Shown: positions 60,829 through 64,000 of the stretch, one piece after another
Numbering within the stretch: the stretch's first letter is position 1
Layout of the letters: each line of letters starts with the position of its first letter
Origin: Patescibacteria group bacterium
Lineage (GTDB): Bacteria; Patescibacteriota; Minisyncoccia; Phycocordibacterales; JAKAEA01
NCBI GenBank assembly: GCA_040387855.1
Contig: JAZKCY010000001.1
Span: 782,922-846,921, forward strand
DNA: 64,000 bases
Reading direction: 5' to 3'
Notes under the pieces: generated by a model
What the model saw: the letters and a program-made list of their open reading frames with translations, nothing else
What the model was told of the DNA's origin: nothing
Database searches by the model: none
Made by a program: the position numbers and the translations under genes

Positions 60829-61974
60829 TTATCGAGTTTTAATAGGAGTTGGAGTTTTTGAAGGAGTAGCTGGTGCAGACACACTTGGTCCTAGCAAGCC
60901 ACCAAATGCCTCTTCAATAATAGTTTCAAGCTCTACTGCATCTTTTGGAGCCTCTACAGTTACTGGCTTATTGTAATCCTTAATAACCATTTCTCCCTGC
61001 ATAGTTATAGTTGTCTTTGTTTCAATATCATCAACAACAGCGGGATTTAATACTACTTTATAAATATTAAAATCACTTTTTCCAATCCACACTTCTACTA
61101 CAGGATTTTGCTTATCTGTTCCTCGCACAATATACTCTTCCATTTTCTTTTGCACTTCAGCATCTTTTTCTGCCTTTGCTAAAATTTTGAAAAGCATATC
61201 AGTATTTACTCGAATTTTGTAGTGATACGAATTCACTCCATTTATTTTTTCATCTCCCATGTTTTCAATAGATTCGATATATTCAAATTTATTGAGTTCA
61301 TCTTTTACTTCTTGAGGAATATCATTTGTTGTTACTGTTGATGTGGCCTCTTCTGTAATAATCCACTTTCCTTTAAATCCAGAAACCATACCTTCCACAA
61401 ATCCAATGATTCCTGCTGTTAATGGATCAGGAGTTACTGGAGTATATGAAACAGAAAAATCATTAAGCTTGATATAAATCTGATCATCTATCCCTCGAGC
61501 TGAAAGATCAATCTTTCCTGATATGTCACCTTTTTCTGTTTTTGCACTAATATCACCTCCCATAGTTAAATCTACTTTTGGACTGTCGGGATTTGTTACA
61601 TCAGATGAACCTTCCATTTTTAGGGTGAATTCGGCACTCTCAGCTGCAATTATATTATTTGCAGTATCCTTCTCTGCTTGGACATTAAATTTTGCATTTG
61701 CAGAAAAATAAGCAGATTTTGTTGTCTGTGCTTTTTCGTATGCTTTCAATAACACCTGCTTTGGCTCAAGCTTTTGTTCTGCAAATTTATATGCAGCTGC
61801 AGCAACTCCAGCAACGAGAAGTAAGAGCACAATTATTGCAATCCATTTTGATGCTGGAGATTTTGGTGATGGTGCTGAATCGTATGATTGTACTGGAGGA
61901 GTATTTTGTACTGGAGTTGAATTTGATTCAACTGCTGGAGTTTGTGGCACAGGTGTAGGTTGAGTAGGTTCCAT
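60829..61974 (-). CDS. Membrane-anchored hypothetical extracytoplasmic protein with a Pro/Thr/Gln-rich N-terminal linker.
   Basis: The start is probably MEPTQPTPVPQ (ATG 61974). It has a TM helix (WIAIIVLLLLVAGVAAAAY). The ORF-track N-extension runs into the GC-rich islet and terminator and is unlikely to be real. Confidence 0.55.
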   Translation of the reverse strand: MEPTQPTPVPQTPAVESNSTPVQNTPPVQSYDSAPSPKSPASKWIAIIVLLLLVAGVAAAAYKFAEQKLEPKQVLLKAYEKAQTTKSAYFSANAKFNVQAEKDTANNIIAAESAEFTLKMEGSSDVTNPDSPKVDLTMGGDISAKTEKGDISGKIDLSARGIDDQIYIKLNDFSVSYTPVTPDPLTAGIIGFVEGMVSGFKGKWIITEEATSTVTTNDIPQEVKDELNKFEYIESIENMGDEKINGVNSYHYKIRVNTDMLFKILAKAEKDAEVQKKMEEYIVRGTDKQNPVVEVWIGKSDFNIYKVVLNPAVVDDIETKTTITMQGEMVIKDYNKPVTVEAPKDAVELETIIEEAFGGLLGPSVSAPATPSKTPTPIKTR

Positions 61975-62020
61975 AAAAATATATAATAATATGCTCATCA
62001 TTATACTATGTAAATAAAAA

Positions 62021-62045
62021 ATCGTCTTGCACAAGGCGTGCAAGA
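62021..62045 (-). terminator. Rho-independent terminator (perfect 10-bp stem).
   Basis: CGTCTTGCAC-AAGGC-GTGCAAGACG with TTTTTTATTT on the minus strand; it would terminate secDF/islet transcripts. Confidence 0.65.
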
Positions 62046-62541
62046 CGTTATCCCAAAGAACATCAGTCGATTCTCTCGTCACCCTCTTTCCGACCACGGG
62101 CATCTACCGTACGAGGTACCAGTACCGTCGCACGAGCCCTCCGATGCGGATGAAGATGCATCGTGGCAGGCACAGGCTGATCATGCATCGAAGCCGCAGA
62201 CAGCGCTCCATTGAGCCCACAAGCCGGACCTTCTTCACGCGTAGCCCCGCGATAACGAGGTTGCCGACCATGAGACCCACCAAACATGTCAATTCTATCT
62301 TGCCGCATAACAGACCTCCGTGCGAGTAAGAACTGTAAACGAAAAACGAGCCCCGATTCATCGAGGGCTCGCTTTTGGCTATATTGAGAGAATGAATTCT
62401 TCTATCTAGACACAAGCGAAACCTCGACCGTTGTTGTAATGGTCTTAATGAGGGTCTGAAGGTTTCGCTTAATGAAATTCATGATTATTTTACGATACTA
62501 AATTCTTTTTGATGAGTCAATTATCTTTTTCCACACGGACA

Positions 62542-63456
62542 TTATTTCTTTGCCTTTCGATTCTGAAGTTTTTCAAGAGTAACGAGTAATGGTGATGCTA
62601 CGAAGATAGAAGAATATGTTCCGGCAACTACTCCCATGAGCAACACGAATGCGAAGTCTTTTGTTGTAGATCCTCCAACATAGTAGAGCACCACAAGCAC
62701 GAGAAAAATAGTAAGTGAAGTATTGATAGAACGGCCAAAAGTTTCTGATACACTCTTACCTACTGTAATATCAAAGCTTTCTTTTCTATTTGCTTCTTTG
62801 TTATCTCGAAGATGTTCTCGAATTCGATCGAATACCACAATAGTATCGTGAACAGAATATCCAAGAACCGCGAGCAATGCCGATACGAAGAGCACGTCGA
62901 TTTCCCCGCCTGTGTAATGAGAATAAATCACAAAAATTCCAGTTGGAATAATCACATCGTGAATGAGTGAGATAATTGTTGCAAAACCGAACTTCCAACT
63001 TGCTACAGGTTCTGATACTTTTCGGAATGCATAGGTAATAAACAACACGATACATAGAATCACAACTGCAATAGCTGCAAATGCTTTGTTTTTGAGTTCA
63101 TTTCCTACCACTGGGCCAATTGAGTCATATCGCTCTACGGTGGTTGATGCAGTATTGTTTAACGAAAGTGTTGAAAGTAATGCCTGCTTTTCTGTATCAT
63201 TCAACTCTTTAGTTTTAACGACATATGAAGTATCGCCTGTTGGTTGCAGAATGAAGTTACCGAGATTCAGTTTCTCTACATTACTATTGAGCGCTGACTG
63301 TTCAGGTCGGCCGTTTGAGTATGAAACCTCGGTGATTGTTCCTCCCTTAAAGTCAATACCGATATTAAATCCATACTGGTACATTGCCCATGCAGATACC
63401 AAAAGAAGTATAGCTGAGAGCGCGAAGAATATTTTTCTGTAGGTTACAACAAACAT
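62542..63456 (-). CDS. secF: Protein-export membrane protein SecF.
   Basis: Six TM helices, a DFKGGT periplasmic start and a C-terminal region conserved in SecF. Confidence 0.9.
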   Translation of the reverse strand: MFVVTYRKIFFALSAILLLVSAWAMYQYGFNIGIDFKGGTITEVSYSNGRPEQSALNSNVEKLNLGNFILQPTGDTSYVVKTKELNDTEKQALLSTLSLNNTASTTVERYDSIGPVVGNELKNKAFAAIAVVILCIVLFITYAFRKVSEPVASWKFGFATIISLIHDVIIPTGIFVIYSHYTGGEIDVLFVSALLAVLGYSVHDTIVVFDRIREHLRDNKEANRKESFDITVGKSVSETFGRSINTSLTIFLVLVVLYYVGGSTTKDFAFVLLMGVVAGTYSSIFVASPLLVTLEKLQNRKAKK

Positions 63457-63457
63457 A

Positions 63458-64000
63458 TTATTTTGAATTAGGGGTGGTTAGATTGCGTGCTCGTAAACCT
63501 GAACCAAAGAGGAATCCACTGACCTTTCCTGGATTCTTTGTGCTTAGTGCAAACAAGAATGTTCGAGATACAGTAATTGCAGTAAACATACTTATGAGTA
63601 CTCCAAGACCAAGTGTGAGCGCAAAACCTTTTACTGATGATGTTCCAAGCCAGAAGAGCACTACTGATGTGATAAGACTTGAAACGTTTGAATCTCGAAT
63701 TGATAGCCAAGCTCGATGGAATCCTTCATGCATTGCATCATGTAGATTCTTGCCTTTTCGCAATTCTTCTTTCATTCGTTCAAAGATAAGAACATTGGCA
63801 TCAACGGCCATACCTATAGAAAGAATAAATCCAGCAATACCTGCAGCAGTAAGAGTTACAGGAATAAACTTAAATGCAAGCAATGAAAGAATTACATACA
63901 TCACCAAAGCGACAGTAGCGACAAATCCTGGTAACCGGTACCAAAGAATCAAAAATAGAGCAATGATTGCAAAGCCCCAAATTCCCGCTCGAATTCCAGC
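63458..64000 (-). CDS. secD: Protein-export membrane protein SecD, C-terminal part (5' end beyond window).
   Basis: Conserved SecD TM7-12 region (GIAGFILSIGMAVDANVLIFERMKEE). The frame stays open to the window edge, so the first in-window Met is not the true start. Confidence 0.85.
   Translation of the reverse strand, partial: AGIRAGIWGFAIIALFLILWYRLPGFVATVALVMYVILSLLAFKFIPVTLTAAGIAGFILSIGMAVDANVLIFERMKEELRKGKNLHDAMHEGFHRAWLSIRDSNVSSLITSVVLFWLGTSSVKGFALTLGLGVLISMFTAITVSRTFLFALSTKNPGKVSGFLFGSGLRARNLTTPNSK

Noticed and set aside
62027-62415. ORFs 62027-62329 (+), 62063-62308 (-) and 62104-62415 (-).
   Set aside because: Mutually overlapping, Arg-rich, low-complexity products in a GC-rich islet. 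No start context or domain.

Overview
This 64 kb window is a low-GC (about 35 percent), gene-dense bacterial locus, almost entirely encoded on the minus strand. It has the hallmarks of a small-genome, CPR/Patescibacteria-like organism: a 16S gene that is apparently not linked to the 23S gene, a 515F-site mismatch in the 16S gene, almost no Shine-Dalgarno motifs, and many large surface proteins. I cannot confirm that placement without a database search. From 5' to 3' on the plus strand, the content is as follows. (1) A giant secreted repeat protein (at least 1500 aa, running off the window start) built from two super-repeats, each carrying seven novel 47-aa two-cysteine modules. (2) A phospholipase D/cardiolipin-synthase-like gene. 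(3) A complete F1Fo ATP synthase operon, atpBEFHAG-(small ORF)-DC. (4) glmS, preceded by an ECF sigma / putative anti-sigma pair. (5) Two GC-rich islets that look foreign: a KGG-repeat stress protein and a 2OG-Fe(II) oxygenase-like gene. Unlike most host genes in the window, both carry SD-like motifs. (6) A wHTH-Nudix regulator, an HD phosphohydrolase and secA. (7) A 29-aa Lys/Ala-rich ORF that the ORF track missed, next to an extremely AT-rich spacer with one perfect DnaA-box 9-mer. (8) murB behind a highly structured 280-nt leader. (9) A 16 kb glycan-biosynthesis cluster: a Wzy-like ligase with TPR repeats, a Wzx flippase, a GDP-heptose pathway (an HddA kinase plus an unusual HddC-GmhB fusion), an SDR epimerase, six GT-B glycosyltransferases, three SAM methyltransferases and a GtrA protein. 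(10) A soluble VirD4/TraD-like ATPase with a disordered Pro/Lys/Glu tail. (11) murC, murD, a small WaaP/Kdo-kinase-like protein, a YdjM-like hydrolase and pyk. (12) A stand-alone tRNA-Ile(GAU) with its own promoter, flanked by GC-rich islets. (13) An island of five secreted or anchored proteins with FN3 domains, an EF-hand loop, and a 1102-aa metzincin plus alpha/beta-hydrolase multidomain protein that carries in-frame microsatellites. (14) A stand-alone 16S rRNA gene with a sigma70-like promoter (plus a weaker second candidate), a 21-bp leader/trailer processing stem and its own terminator. Its 3' end appears to lack the CCUCC anti-SD core. (15) secF and partial secD. Recurrent themes are promoters abutting start codons (leaderless-like starts), multiple small GC-rich islets with host-style terminators, and extensive intragenic repeats in the surface protein genes.
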